Below, one piece after another: positions 16,120 through 26,039 of a DNA stretch of 32,000 bases; positions within the stretch are counted from its first letter, which is position 1; each line of letters begins with the position of its first letter. This DNA comes from Cylindrospermopsis raciborskii Cr2010. Its GTDB lineage: Bacteria > Cyanobacteriota > Cyanobacteriia > Cyanobacteriales > Nostocaceae. A model generated the notes under the pieces. It was not told where the DNA came from, searched no databases, and saw nothing but the letters and a program-made list of their open reading frames with translations. Location of the stretch: assembly GCF_003367075.2 (NCBI RefSeq), contig NZ_CP065936.1, positions 1,620,001 through 1,652,000 on the forward strand, read 5' to 3'. Position numbers and translations under genes: made by a program.

Positions 16120-16722
16120 ATGTTCCGACAAACTGCTTTCGGAATTGGTTTAACTACACTTGTCCTTACCAGTGGATTGGTAACTGATGCTATTTCCGCT
16201 AGTAATGTTACTAAAAAAATCTCATCTGCTCCCTCATTTAATGGTTCTACCCGAGCTGTTGCTTCCCACCAGAATAATGAGAGTAATAAGCATGAGAATA
16301 ACAAGTTAGAAAAATTGGTTTTTGAAGAAATTAATCAGTATCGTGTTGCTCAAGGATTATCAAAATTAACCTTGAATTTAAACATCACTAAACAGGCAAG
16401 AATTCATAGTCAAAATATGGCTAATGGTACGGTAAAATTTAGCCATCATGGTTTTGAGCAACGGGTTAAATCCATCCATTTGCAATATAATAATGCTGCG
16501 GAAAATGTGGCATTTAACATAGGGTATAATGAACCAGCAAAACAAGCAATAATTGGTTGGCTTAATAGTCCGGGACATTTGCGAAATATTCGAGGGAAGT
16601 TTGAACTGACAGGGGTGGGAGTAGCTAAAAATGATAAAGGTGAAGTTTATCTGACTCAAATATTTATCAATACACCCCACAGGTACTCCCGAAAAATTTC
16701 CTCCAGATCCCCAGGTTTTTAA
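16120..16722 (+). CDS. CAP/SCP domain protein, paralog 2
   Basis: The ATG at 16120 (MFRQTAFGIGLTTLVLTSGL) gives a signal-like N-terminus; the track's start at 16066 is a TTG. The CAP core NQYRVAQGL...ARIHSQNMA...FSHHGF...AENVAFN...GWLNSPGHLRNIRG...TGVGVA is about half identical to the 14664 protein by eye. Confidence 0.8.
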   Translation: MFRQTAFGIGLTTLVLTSGLVTDAISASNVTKKISSAPSFNGSTRAVASHQNNESNKHENNKLEKLVFEEINQYRVAQGLSKLTLNLNITKQARIHSQNMANGTVKFSHHGFEQRVKSIHLQYNNAAENVAFNIGYNEPAKQAIIGWLNSPGHLRNIRGKFELTGVGVAKNDKGEVYLTQIFINTPHRYSRKISSRSPGF

Positions 16723-16784
16723 GCAATTTTCTGATAAGATTATTACATAAGGTAATTGTTTTGTAAATGTTTTGGTGAAAAATC

Positions 16785-17414
16785 ATGAAACTAGATGATT
16801 TTCAGGTAGTTGATGGGGATCTAGACTACCCTACCCTCTCGGAATATTTAAGGTCAGATGCTTTAGCTGTGGATACAGAAACTATGGGTTTGCTACCACA
16901 GCGAGATCGTCTCTGTCTGGTTCAACTATGTAACCCTGAAGGTAAGGTGACTGCTGTCCGCATTGCTAAGGGACAAACCCACGCCCCTAACCTACAACAA
17001 CTTCTAGAATCAACCCATGTTGTCAAGGTTTTTCACTTTGCCAGGTTTGATCTGGCCACTTTGCGTCACAACCTGAAAATTCATGTCCAACCTGTTTTTT
17101 GTACGAAAATTGCCAGTAAGCTGGCTCGTACTTACACAAACCGTCATGGATTGAAAGAGCTTGTACAAGAGCTAGAGCAAGTAGAATTGGATAAAAGTTC
17201 TCAGAGTTCGGACTGGGGGAATCCGCTGGGTTTATCTGATGCTCAACTAAGCTATGCTGCTAATGATGTACGCTATCTGCTTAGTTTAAAGCAAAAACTT
17301 TCTCAAATGTTGCAAAGAGAAGAACGCTGGCAATTAGCACAGGAGTGTTTTAGTTTTTTACCTACTTTAGTTTCTTTGGATCTTTTGCAGTTTAAAGAAC
17401 TATTTGAACACTAG
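16785..17414 (+). CDS. RNase D-like 3'-5' exonuclease (DEDDy family, short form)
   Basis: 209-aa ORF with exo motifs ALAVDTETMGL, VKVFHFARFDL and LSYAANDVRYL. Confidence 0.8.
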   Translation: MKLDDFQVVDGDLDYPTLSEYLRSDALAVDTETMGLLPQRDRLCLVQLCNPEGKVTAVRIAKGQTHAPNLQQLLESTHVVKVFHFARFDLATLRHNLKIHVQPVFCTKIASKLARTYTNRHGLKELVQELEQVELDKSSQSSDWGNPLGLSDAQLSYAANDVRYLLSLKQKLSQMLQREERWQLAQECFSFLPTLVSLDLLQFKELFEH

Positions 17415-17830
17415 TCATAGACTGTTAGAAATTGCTAAAACTGGAAATGAGAAAACACTTTAACACCGCAGGTCCCTGTAAGCCCAACCTTCACTATATG
17501 CTCTCGTCTGTAGAGCGCATCCCCCAGATCAAAAACCTCATCGCTCAGGAAAACTACTTTGTGATCCATGCCCCCCGACAAGTGGGGAAAACCACCGCCA
17601 TGCTTACCCTCGCCCAAGATCTAACCAACAGTCAGGACAAGCATTACCTAATATTGTGGAAGATGACCTACGTTATGTTCTAGACTTAGGCTTATGCAAC
17701 CGCGATGCTAGGGGCGGAATTCAAATTGCTAATCCAATCTATCGAGAAGTAATTCCTAAGGTACTAGCCTCCATCACGATCGCTTCTTTAACCTCTGTTT
17801 ATCCCACATGGCTAGACTCCAATGGTAATT

Positions 17831-18882
17831 TACAGCAATTTTCATGTAGTTAAACTACAAAATAAGATAAGCTATAATAAGGGTAATAAACTAAAATAGA
17901 GTAGAAGTACTGTCAAATTATATGCCAAAACCTTATTCAATAGATTTGCGTAATCGCGTGATTGTAGCATGGGTTGCTCAAGAGGGATCTCAACGCCAGT
18001 TGGCAGAAAGATTCAAGGTCAGCTTATCATTTGTGAGAAATTTAGTACGTCGTTATCGTGAAACTGGGCAAGTTGAGCCAAAGCAATGTGGAGGATATGA
18101 AAAGCCTGTAATTGCAGGCCAATATTTAAACATGATCAAGTCTTGGCTGGATGAGAAAAATGATTTACTACTTTCAGAATTGTGCGATCGCCTGAGAGAA
18201 ACGACGGGCACTAGTGTTAGTATCACAACCATGCATCGAGCCTTAGAAAAGTTGGGTCTACGTCATAAAAAAAAAGTCTAAATGCCAGTGAACAGGAGAC
18301 TCCACGTGTTCAAGAATTAAGGCATGATTATCGTCGTTGGGTAGATACAGTTGATATTAGAAATTTAGTGTTTTTAGATGAATCGGGGATAAATTTAGGG
18401 ATGTCAAGGTTGTTTGCCAGAAGCCAAGATGGACAAAGAGCAATTGGTAGCGTACCAGGAAACAAGGGCAAAAATATTTCTCTGATTGGGGCTTTAAATA
18501 TGGATGGAATTCTGGCAGCAATGACTGTAGAGGGAAGCACAAATACAGAAGTATTTCTCACTTATGTAAATCAGGTTTTAGTACCTCAATTATGGAAAGG
18601 GGCTATTGTTGTTATGGATAATTTAAAGGTTCATTATGCCGAGCGCGTGAGATTGTCAATTGAATCAGTCGGTGCAAAAGTTAAGTTTTTACCCCCCTAT
18701 TCTCCAGACTTATCTCCGATAGAATTGTGTTGGTCAAAATTAAAGCAATTTCTCCGTAGTCGGGAGGCACGAACATTAGAAGCCCTAAATGAGGCCATGA
18801 CAAGTGCAGTAAATTATATTACAGCAGAGGATGCGCTTAATTGGTTCAATCATTGTGGTTTATTTACATGAAAACTGCTGTA
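17831..18882 (+). mobile_element. IS630-family insertion sequence, about 1.05 kb, flanked by a TA duplication
   Basis: The left end is TACAGCAATTTTCATGTAGTTAAACTACAA. The reverse complement of the right end is TACAGCAGTTTTCATGTAAATAAACCACAA, matching at about 26 of 30 positions by eye. TA is found at 17831-17832 and 18881-18882, the target typical of IS630/Tc1-mariner elements. The element carries a DDE transposase. Confidence 0.85.
17922..18871 (+). CDS. IS630-family DDE transposase encoded as orfA (17922-18281) and orfB (frame open from 18269 to 18871), probably joined by a -1 frameshift on an A9 run
   Basis: orfA carries an HTH region (SIDLRNRVI...GSQRQLAERFKVSLSFVRNLVRRYRETG) and ends ...RHKKKV* inside CATAAAAAAAAAG, where the A-run is 18267-18275. 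The -1 frame continues KSLNASEQETPRVQELRHDYRRW... into the catalytic D(FLDESG)/D(VMDNLKVH)/E(SPDLSPIELCW) region. Confidence 0.85.
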
Positions 18883-19687
18883 AGCCCACAGGCTTTATTA
18901 GATTCTTTCTTGGATTTTTGGCGGCAACACGGGGAACCATTGTTTAAAAGTACACCCTATCCAGAGATTGCGCCCCATATTGTACTAATGGCATTTTTGC
19001 ACCGTGTGGTCAATGGTGGCGGTACATTGGAAAGAGAATATGCGATCGGTTCGGGAAGAATGGATATTTGTTTGCGCTATGGTGAAATTACATTGGGAAT
19101 GGAGTTAAAGGTATGGCGCGAGGGAAGACCTGATCCATTAGTAGAAGGTTTGAAGCAATTGGATAAGTACCTATCAGGATTAAATCTGGATACGGGCTGG
19201 TTGGTAATTTTTGATCGCCGTCCGGATTTGCCACCAATAAGCGATCGCACCTTTACAGAAATTGCCCAGAGTCCAGATGGCAGAATGATTACGGTGATTC
19301 GGGGGTGATTTGTTAAAGAAGAGCGATCGCCCTATGGGAAACTCAGTATGGATGCGCCCTATCTGTTATCGAAACTGCGTTTGCACTCAAAGTTACCAAA
19401 ACTATCAACCCTCCAGCAATGTGACCGGTAATAATATTTTATACAAAAAAAAATCAAAAAAATCCCAAAATCACACATTCACGATACAATTTTTGGCGGT
19501 TAAAGTAGTAGTTGGTTAAAGTTCAGGGAAAACGCTAATTGCATAGCAATTATACCAATAATAAAATATTGTTCCTACCGCATCAGAGGGAAATTAATAT
19601 TTTTGGGTATGTGGAGCAAAAATCACAAAAAAACAGGAAAACCATCTGTCACTACAAAAAGGCCCAATTAATAAACTGCATGAGACT

Positions 19688-20410
19688 ATGGATAACCTCG
19701 CTACAAATATTCCCAAGATTATGGTTGTAGATGACGATTTCAGTGTCAGAAATCTTGTTCATCGGTTTTTAAGTCGAAAATATAAGACAGAAGCTGCTGC
19801 TGATGGTAAAAGTGCTATGGCATTGTTTGAGCAGTTTAATCCATCTCTGGTGATATTAGACTGGAACTTACCAGATGTAAATGGTTACAAACTTTGTCAG
19901 GATATGCAAAGTCGAACCAATGTCTTAGTTCTTATGCTCACCAGTCGTAATGATGAAACTGACAAAATTAAAGTCCTAGCTGGTGGTGCGGATGATTTTA
20001 TGACCAAACCATTTAGTCTAGCGGAGGTAGAAGTTAGAGTAGATGCTCTCCTAAGACGCATACGTTATATTCAACCCACTCAATCACAACGCCTTATTTT
20101 TAAACAGTTAGCAATCAACCCAGAAGGTCGGGAAGTCACACTCAACGATAAACCTTTGGCCTTAACTGCTTTAGAGTTTAATATTTTACATTTTTTGGCT
20201 TGTCACCCCGGACAAGCGTGGAGTCGTCCCCAGCTAATTCAAAAAATTTGGGGGTGTGACTATGTGGGTGATGGAAGGGTTGTTGATGTTCATATCGGTC
20301 AACTGCGTAAAAAAATGGAGGTTGATTCTAGCACTCCAGAGTTTATTAAAACAGTACGTGGTTATGGTTACAAGTTTGAATCTCCTGAACATAATAGAGT
20401 TTCAATTTGA
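19688..20410 (+). CDS. OmpR-family DNA-binding response regulator (REC plus winged helix)
   Basis: 240-aa ORF. The REC domain shows KIMVVDDDFSVRNL, LVILDWNLPDVNG and FMTKPF. The wHTH shows LTALEFNILHFLACHPGQAWSRPQLIQKIWG...VDVHIGQLRKK...IKTVRGYGYKF. Confidence 0.9.
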   Translation: MDNLATNIPKIMVVDDDFSVRNLVHRFLSRKYKTEAAADGKSAMALFEQFNPSLVILDWNLPDVNGYKLCQDMQSRTNVLVLMLTSRNDETDKIKVLAGGADDFMTKPFSLAEVEVRVDALLRRIRYIQPTQSQRLIFKQLAINPEGREVTLNDKPLALTALEFNILHFLACHPGQAWSRPQLIQKIWGCDYVGDGRVVDVHIGQLRKKMEVDSSTPEFIKTVRGYGYKFESPEHNRVSI

Positions 20411-20463
20411 GGAATAATATATTTGTTATATATTATTCCCTAGGGATTTACCTAAGTAGTGTA

Positions 20464-21234
20464 ATGCAAATCACAGTTATGACTTTCAACCTCCGCTGCG
20501 ACAAACCAGATCCGGGTGAGAGGTGTTGGCAAAAACGTGTAGGGGCGATCGCCTGTATGATCCAACATTATCAACCTGAGTTATGGGGAACCCAGGAGGG
20601 TCAACCTCATCAACTTAGGGATTTACAGGTACTTTTACCAGACTATGAATTTGTGGGGGGCGATCGCACTGGAACAGGAAAAGGTGAACACTGCGCGATC
20701 TTCTATAAGAGGGGAAAGTTGCAGCTGAGGGAAACCCAGGATTTTTACCTGAGTGACACCCCAGAAATCCCCGGTAGTATTACTTGGGGAACTCGTTTAC
20801 CCAGAATGGTCACTTGGGCCAATTTTATTGCGGAGGATTTAGGTTTTTCTCTGACTATCATGAATACTCATTTAGATCATGAGGTTAGTAGAGCTAGGGA
20901 GTTGGGTGCGGGTTTAGTGAGTTTGCGCTTAATGAATTTTCCCAGGGAAGACTATTTATTGTTAACAGGGGATTTTAACGCTGGTCCTAGAAGTTTGGAA
21001 AGAATTATTCTCGCTGATAATTATAGAATTAAAGATGCTCTGGGCAATCTTCCTGTAGAATCACAAAAAACCTTCCACGACTTTACAGGTCAAGCTTGGG
21101 ATCCTAGAGATACAATATATTGCGATCGCCGTTGGCAAATTAATCAGGTCATTATTGACGATCAGCAATGGGAGGGTATATGGCCATCGGATCATTTTCC
21201 GGTAATTGTCAAATTAGGTCTTACTGGAGGCTAA
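20464..21234 (+). CDS. Endonuclease/exonuclease/phosphatase (EEP) family hydrolase
   Basis: The N-terminus MQITVMTFNLRCD, then TQE, NTHLDH, LTGDFN and the C-terminal SDHFPV are EEP-fold motifs. An alternative TTG start at 20407 overlaps the regulator's stop codon (TTGA) and would add a hydrophobic 19-aa N-terminus. Confidence 0.8.
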   Translation: MQITVMTFNLRCDKPDPGERCWQKRVGAIACMIQHYQPELWGTQEGQPHQLRDLQVLLPDYEFVGGDRTGTGKGEHCAIFYKRGKLQLRETQDFYLSDTPEIPGSITWGTRLPRMVTWANFIAEDLGFSLTIMNTHLDHEVSRARELGAGLVSLRLMNFPREDYLLLTGDFNAGPRSLERIILADNYRIKDALGNLPVESQKTFHDFTGQAWDPRDTIYCDRRWQINQVIIDDQQWEGIWPSDHFPVIVKLGLTGG

Positions 21235-21250
21235 AAGCCGAAAACCCTGC

Positions 21251-21290
21251 ATAGCCCTAGATAGAGCGCTATAGCGTTCACTAGGGCTAT
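21251..21290. terminator. Hairpin between the convergent EEP gene and ctaE
   Basis: ATAGCCCTAG (21251-21260) pairs with CTAGGGCTAT (21281-21290) as a perfect 10-bp stem with a 20-nt loop. On the minus strand GCAGGGTTTT follows. There is no T-run on the plus strand. Confidence 0.45.
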
Positions 21291-21300
21291 AAAATGTAAC

Positions 21301-21918
21301 TTACAGTAAATAAAGTAATCCAAATAAAACAATCCAGATCACGTCTACAAAGTGCCAATACAATTCCGCGGCTTCTACACCAAAATGGCTTTGACTATTA
21401 TAGTGTCCAGAATGACGAGATCGCCACAAAACGGACAAAATTAGCAAGACTCCCAAGGTAACATGCAAACCGTGGAAACCAGTCAAGACGTAGAATGCAC
21501 TGGCAAAAAGATTGGTGGTTAGACCAAATTCCAAATGGGTATACTCATAAACTTGACCAAACAGAAAAATTATTCCCATGGCAGCAGTAATAGCCAACCA
21601 TATACGCATACCTTTTTCATCATTTTTTTTAATTGCTGTATCAGCGTTGTGCATAACAAAACTGCTAGCAATCAAATTTATAGTGTTCACACCTGGTAAT
21701 AATAGTTCTAATTCAGGTGTACCTTCTGGTGGCCATATAGATAAGGTAGAGCGGAAAGCTAGATAAGCTCCAAACATACCCATAAAAATCATCCCCTCAG
21801 CAATGAGAAAGACAACCAGACCAAACAAACGATAATCCGGGTGTGCTTCATGATGACCATCCACATGAAGCTGATGATTTGGTGTAAGTTCAGCAGTGTC
21901 CACAATTTGACTTTGCAT
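21301..21918 (-). CDS. ctaE: Cytochrome c oxidase subunit III
   Basis: 205-aa polytopic membrane ORF ending in FHGLHVTLGVLLI...AAELYWHFVDVIWIVLF, which is typical of subunit III. It is the last gene of the ctaC-ctaD-ctaE order. Confidence 0.93.
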   Translation of the reverse strand: MQSQIVDTAELTPNHQLHVDGHHEAHPDYRLFGLVVFLIAEGMIFMGMFGAYLAFRSTLSIWPPEGTPELELLLPGVNTINLIASSFVMHNADTAIKKNDEKGMRIWLAITAAMGIIFLFGQVYEYTHLEFGLTTNLFASAFYVLTGFHGLHVTLGVLLILSVLWRSRHSGHYNSQSHFGVEAAELYWHFVDVIWIVLFGLLYLL

Positions 21919-21998
21919 AAATTTTGACGGTACTAAATTGGTAATTGCTAGTTAATTCCCCCTTTCCCCTACAATTGCTGCAAAATTTAGGTTTCGTT

Positions 21999-23618
21999 TT
22001 ATTTCACGCCGTAATCATAGGGACCTGTGGTTAAAACGGGTAGTTTTTCAAAGTTTTCAATTTCTGGTGGGGAGGTGGTCATCCACTCTAAAGTCAGACC
22101 ACGCCAAGGGTTATTACTAGCTTTGGGCCCGTATAACCAACTCCATACAGCATTGATAATAAAGGGTAAAGTGGAAACAGCTAGAATATAAGCCCCGTAT
22201 GTACATATTTCATTTAAGGTGGTGAATTTTGGGTCATATTGGGCAATACGACGGTTCATACCCATTAGTCCTAATTTGTGCATGGGCAAAAAGGACATAT
22301 TTAACCCAACAATAGTTAAAGCAAAGTGAACCTTACCCCAAAACTCATTCATCATTCTCCCTGTCATTTTGGGAAACCAATGATAAATAGCGGCAAAAAT
22401 CCCCAACACACTACCACCAAACAGTACATAGTGCAAATGGGCAACTACAAAGTAGGTGTCATGAACGTGAATGTCAAAAGGGACAGAAGCTAACATTACG
22501 CCGCTGACACCACCAATGACGAAAGTACCCACAAAACCAATAGCAAATAACATGGGAGTATTTAATTCCACTTTGCCTCCCCAGATGGTTGCTAACCAAC
22601 TAAAGATTTTGATCCCCGTGGGCACGGCGATGATCATAGTCGTGATCATAAAAAACATCCGTAACCAACCAGGAATACCACTGGTAAACATGTGGTGGGC
22701 CCAAACAATTAAACCCAAAAAACTAATCGCTAGAGAAGAATAGGCGATCGCCTTATAACCAAAAATGGGTTTGCGAGCATGAACTGGTATAATTTCTGAA
22801 ATTGCGCCAAAGAATGGCAGAATCATAATATACACCGCTGGGTGGGAGTAGAACCAAAACATGTGTTGGTAAACTACGGGGTCACCACCACCAGTGGGAT
22901 TAAAAAAGGTAGTTCCTGCTAACAAATCAAAAGCTAGTAGAATCAAGGCTCCTGCCAAAACAGGTGTAGATAATAAAACTAGAGCAGAAGTTGCCAACAT
23001 AGCCCAGCAAAACAGGGGCATTTTATGAATCCCCATGCTAGGAACACGCATTTTCAGCATGGTGACCAAAAAATTAATTGCTCCTAAAATTGAGGATGTA
23101 CCTAGTAACAGAATGCTCATAATCCAAATGGCTTCACCCACCTCACCGGTCATTAAACTCAGGGGAGGATAGGAGGTCCAACCAGCATCTGGAGCATCAC
23201 CCACCACTAGGCTAGCAACTAATAATATACCTGAAGGAGGAATCATCCAGAAAGCCACCGCATTCAAGCGGGGAAAAGCCATATCCCTAGCTCCAATCAT
23301 CAAAGGAATCAGATAATTAGCAAAACCCGCTCCCGCTGGAACTATCCAGAGGAAAATCATGATTGTGGCATGGAGAGTAAACAGACTGTTATAAACTTCT
23401 GGTGTAACAAAATCTACTTCTGGAGTCCGTAATTCTGTCCGGACTAAATCTGCCATGACACCACCAATACAGTAAAAAATAAACGATGTCACTAGATATT
23501 GAATCCCGATTACCTTGTGGTCGGTATTAAAAGTAAAAAATTCCCACCACTTTCTTCCCCCCAATTCTTCATGGGGTATGGCTAGGTGAGAAGTGTCTTG
23601 TAATTGAGCTTGTGTCAT
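21999..23618 (-). CDS. ctaD: Cytochrome c oxidase subunit I (heme-copper oxidase catalytic subunit)
   Basis: 539-aa ORF with hallmark segments FTLHATIMIFLWIVP, MAFPRLN, WFYSHPAVYIMILP, IVWAHHMF and VAHLHYVL. Confidence 0.97.
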   Translation of the reverse strand: MTQAQLQDTSHLAIPHEELGGRKWWEFFTFNTDHKVIGIQYLVTSFIFYCIGGVMADLVRTELRTPEVDFVTPEVYNSLFTLHATIMIFLWIVPAGAGFANYLIPLMIGARDMAFPRLNAVAFWMIPPSGILLVASLVVGDAPDAGWTSYPPLSLMTGEVGEAIWIMSILLLGTSSILGAINFLVTMLKMRVPSMGIHKMPLFCWAMLATSALVLLSTPVLAGALILLAFDLLAGTTFFNPTGGGDPVVYQHMFWFYSHPAVYIMILPFFGAISEIIPVHARKPIFGYKAIAYSSLAISFLGLIVWAHHMFTSGIPGWLRMFFMITTMIIAVPTGIKIFSWLATIWGGKVELNTPMLFAIGFVGTFVIGGVSGVMLASVPFDIHVHDTYFVVAHLHYVLFGGSVLGIFAAIYHWFPKMTGRMMNEFWGKVHFALTIVGLNMSFLPMHKLGLMGMNRRIAQYDPKFTTLNEICTYGAYILAVSTLPFIINAVWSWLYGPKASNNPWRGLTLEWMTTSPPEIENFEKLPVLTTGPYDYGVK

Positions 23619-23692
23619 AGTTATAGGGGCTTTCCATTTAGGAAGTTCAAAAGGTGTTTTCTCCCGATATATTTAAGCCATATCTTTACCAG

Positions 23693-24697
23693 CTATGACT
23701 TTGAGAAAGATTCTAAAAGTACCTTTCCTATTCCTAAGCTTTCTGGGTGAATATGCATCTTTTGCATATAGGGGGACAGAAATTCATCAGCTGACATAGC
23801 GGAGGGATTCACGGCGATCGCCTGATTAATAGTTTCTTTTTCCGCCATTAACTGTTCCTGAACCCAGGTATCAAAGGCTTGTTTTGACTCTACTACGATT
23901 TGAGTTTGCATAGCGCCATGGTAGGGGCCACATAATTCTGCACAAACCACAGTATAGGTTCCCTCTTTTCTGGGAGTGAAGCGGACTCGAGTTTCCCTAC
24001 CGGGGATTACATCTTGTTTCAGACGAAATTCTGGAACCCAAAAGGCGTGAATTACATCATTAGCTGTCATCTTCATCTGTACTTGTTGACCCACAGGGAC
24101 GTGAATTTCACCTGTGGTTATCCCCGCATCTGGATAGGTGAATATCCAAGCGTATTGTAAAGCTGAGACTTCAACCACTAGTGGTTCCGCTTCATTGGAT
24201 GTATTTTCTGCCTGGGCAATTTCCATGGAAGTGGGGGAATTTTGGCTATTTACTGGCTTGTCACTGAGAGTAGCCGCAATAGCAGTACCCGGCATAACCT
24301 TAGCTTCCTCCATGATGGGAGCATTATGGCCTCCATGAGGATCTAATCCCCCAATTTGATTGTATACATCAAAACTGTATACAGAAATGCCCAGGACTAT
24401 CACTGCTGGAATTGCTGTCCAAAGTATTTCCAGAGGAATGTTACCTTCAATAGCTGGACCGTCTTCGTTATCACCCGCACGCCGACGGTATTTAAATACT
24501 GAGTAGATTAAAATACCTTCGACCAAGAGAAATATCCCTATAGAGACAGTTAACATCGCATCAAACAGACCGTCTATTAATACAGCTTCATCTGCTGCTG
24601 CTGTGGGTAACAGCCCATGATTTTGACCGTACCAGAGACTAGTTAAGGTGAGAGCGATGCCAATGAGTAATGTCCAGATGGAATTTGGAATTTTCAC
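23693..24697 (-). CDS. ctaC: Cytochrome c oxidase subunit II with an intact CuA site
   Basis: 334-aa ORF with two N-terminal TM helices and the cupredoxin region DVIHAFWVPEF. The CuA ligand motif is CAELCGPYHGAM. Confidence 0.93.
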   Translation of the reverse strand: MKIPNSIWTLLIGIALTLTSLWYGQNHGLLPTAAADEAVLIDGLFDAMLTVSIGIFLLVEGILIYSVFKYRRRAGDNEDGPAIEGNIPLEILWTAIPAVIVLGISVYSFDVYNQIGGLDPHGGHNAPIMEEAKVMPGTAIAATLSDKPVNSQNSPTSMEIAQAENTSNEAEPLVVEVSALQYAWIFTYPDAGITTGEIHVPVGQQVQMKMTANDVIHAFWVPEFRLKQDVIPGRETRVRFTPRKEGTYTVVCAELCGPYHGAMQTQIVVESKQAFDTWVQEQLMAEKETINQAIAVNPSAMSADEFLSPYMQKMHIHPESLGIGKVLLESFSKS

Positions 24698-25089
24698 GGC
24701 TTATTTGAGGTTTTACTTGATTGAATTTATTTAGTAACCCATATACCAAGGTAGTGCAGCTGTGAGAAGATTGGGTCGCGATGTCTAAAATTTTTGTTAA
24801 GTTTTTCTCATGTTGCTTCTAGTAGCATTATGGCAACATAAGGTGCTATTTTTTGGGCAAATTGGCTAATTTATCCCCACTTGGTCTCTAATCCGCAAAA
24901 ATTGAGCCAAAAGTTGGCAAATTTGTCAACAACTAATTATCGGTATCTTAAAAAATGCCTAAATCTTACAGTCAAGATAGCCCTGGAGGATTCAAATTAT
25001 AAAGGAAAGCCCATCTGGCAATCTTGACCCATAGGTTAAGGTGTAGGTATGTGTCTTTTTCATTCTCTAGAGTGGATCGGGTATCGTTC

Positions 25090-26013
25090 ATGAGTGAATT
25101 TGTCCTAGAACAACAAAATCAGGAGGCGAATCATCCCCAGGAACTTATTCGGCGCCTGGTTTGGAAAATTTGTATAGCCACTTTGATTTTGATGGCTATA
25201 GGTAGTGCTACTCGCGTAATGAATGCTGGTTTGGCTTGTCCAGACTGGCCCTTATGTTATGGCGAATTAGTGCCGACTAAACAAATGAATCTTCAAGTCT
25301 TCTTGGAGTGGTTCCATAGATTAGATGCTGCTTTAATTGGGTTAAGTGCGATCGCCTTGACAGGTTTATGTTGGTGGTATCGTCGTGTTTTACCTCTATG
25401 GTTACCAGGAGCTGCTACTTTTGCTCTGTTATTAATCGTATTTCAGGGAGTTTTGGGCGGACTGACTGTGACTGAATTGTTGCGGTTTGATATTGTAACT
25501 GCCCATTTAGCAACCGCACTCTTATTTTTCACTACTCTATTAGTCATTGGTACATTCCTTAGTCCTTACAAAGGAACAGGCGCTGTAGGCAAACTTCCTT
25601 GGGTGGGTTTAACAGCTGCAGTTTTGGTCTATCTACAAAGTCTTTTAGGTGCTTTGGTAGGTTCTCGTTGGGCATTACATCAATGTCTAGCAGGGGAAGA
25701 GTTGTGTGGTGTTATGTATAGCCATATTTTTGGTTTATTACCCCCCACGGTAGCAACTTTGGCCATGGTCTTTATTTCCTGGCGTACCCCAGCATTACAT
25801 CCCGCTTTGCGAAAATTGGCTAATCTAGCAGGTGGGTTGTTAATTTTACAATTGCTGTTGGGTTTCGCCACCTTCCGATTACATTTACAAGTTGAACCTC
25901 TCACCGTAACCCACCAAGCAGTCGGAGCAACTTTGCTAGGCACTCTAGTAGTTTTTACGGTTCTGGCTTTACGAGACAGAAGTATTAGTAACCCTAGTTA
26001 CCTAAATAACTAG
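25090..26013 (+). CDS. ctaA: Heme A synthase (COX15/CtaA family)
   Basis: The ATG at 25090 begins MSEFVLEQQ; the track's start at 25024 is a TTG. It is a polytopic protein with [17 protein letters not shown] and conserved His residues (WFHRLDA, VTAHLA, VTHQAVG). It is divergent from ctaCDE and followed by ctaB. Confidence 0.88.
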   Translation: MSEFVLEQQNQEANHPQELIRRLVWKICIATLILMAIGSATRVMNAGLACPDWPLCYGELVPTKQMNLQVFLEWFHRLDAALIGLSAIALTGLCWWYRRVLPLWLPGAATFALLLIVFQGVLGGLTVTELLRFDIVTAHLATALLFFTTLLVIGTFLSPYKGTGAVGKLPWVGLTAAVLVYLQSLLGALVGSRWALHQCLAGEELCGVMYSHIFGLLPPTVATLAMVFISWRTPALHPALRKLANLAGGLLILQLLLGFATFRLHLQVEPLTVTHQAVGATLLGTLVVFTVLALRDRSISNPSYLNN

Positions 26014-26039
26014 TAATTGATAAAGGAAGTATAACCAAC

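Larger units (their letters stand above)
17447..19308 (+). pseudogene. Disrupted AAA-ATPase-like / PD-(D/E)XK-like ATP-binding protein gene. It carries an internal frame break or deletion near 17633-17650 and is split by an IS630-family insertion.
   Basis: There are three collinear fragments. The N-terminal fragment carries a Walker A-like motif (FVIHAPRQVGKTTAMLTLAQDL, frame of 17447). The middle fragment (EDDLRYVLDLGLC...IANPIYREVIPKVLA...PTWLDSNGNL) is in a different frame. The C-terminal fragment runs 18883-19308 (SPQALLDSFLDFWRQHGEP...EREYAIGSGRMDICLRYG...LGMELKVW). Removing 17833-18882 joins NGNL to SPQALL in frame. Confidence 0.75.

Noticed and set aside
19310-19730. Small ORFs 19310-19519 and 19539-19730 in the A-rich region upstream of the OmpR-type regulator. 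I also searched here for an NtcA site.
   Set aside because: The ORFs have low-complexity, Lys/Asn-rich translations typical of AT-rich spacers. The only GTA...TAC pair I found has 11-nt spacing (19428-19444), not the N8 required for NtcA.
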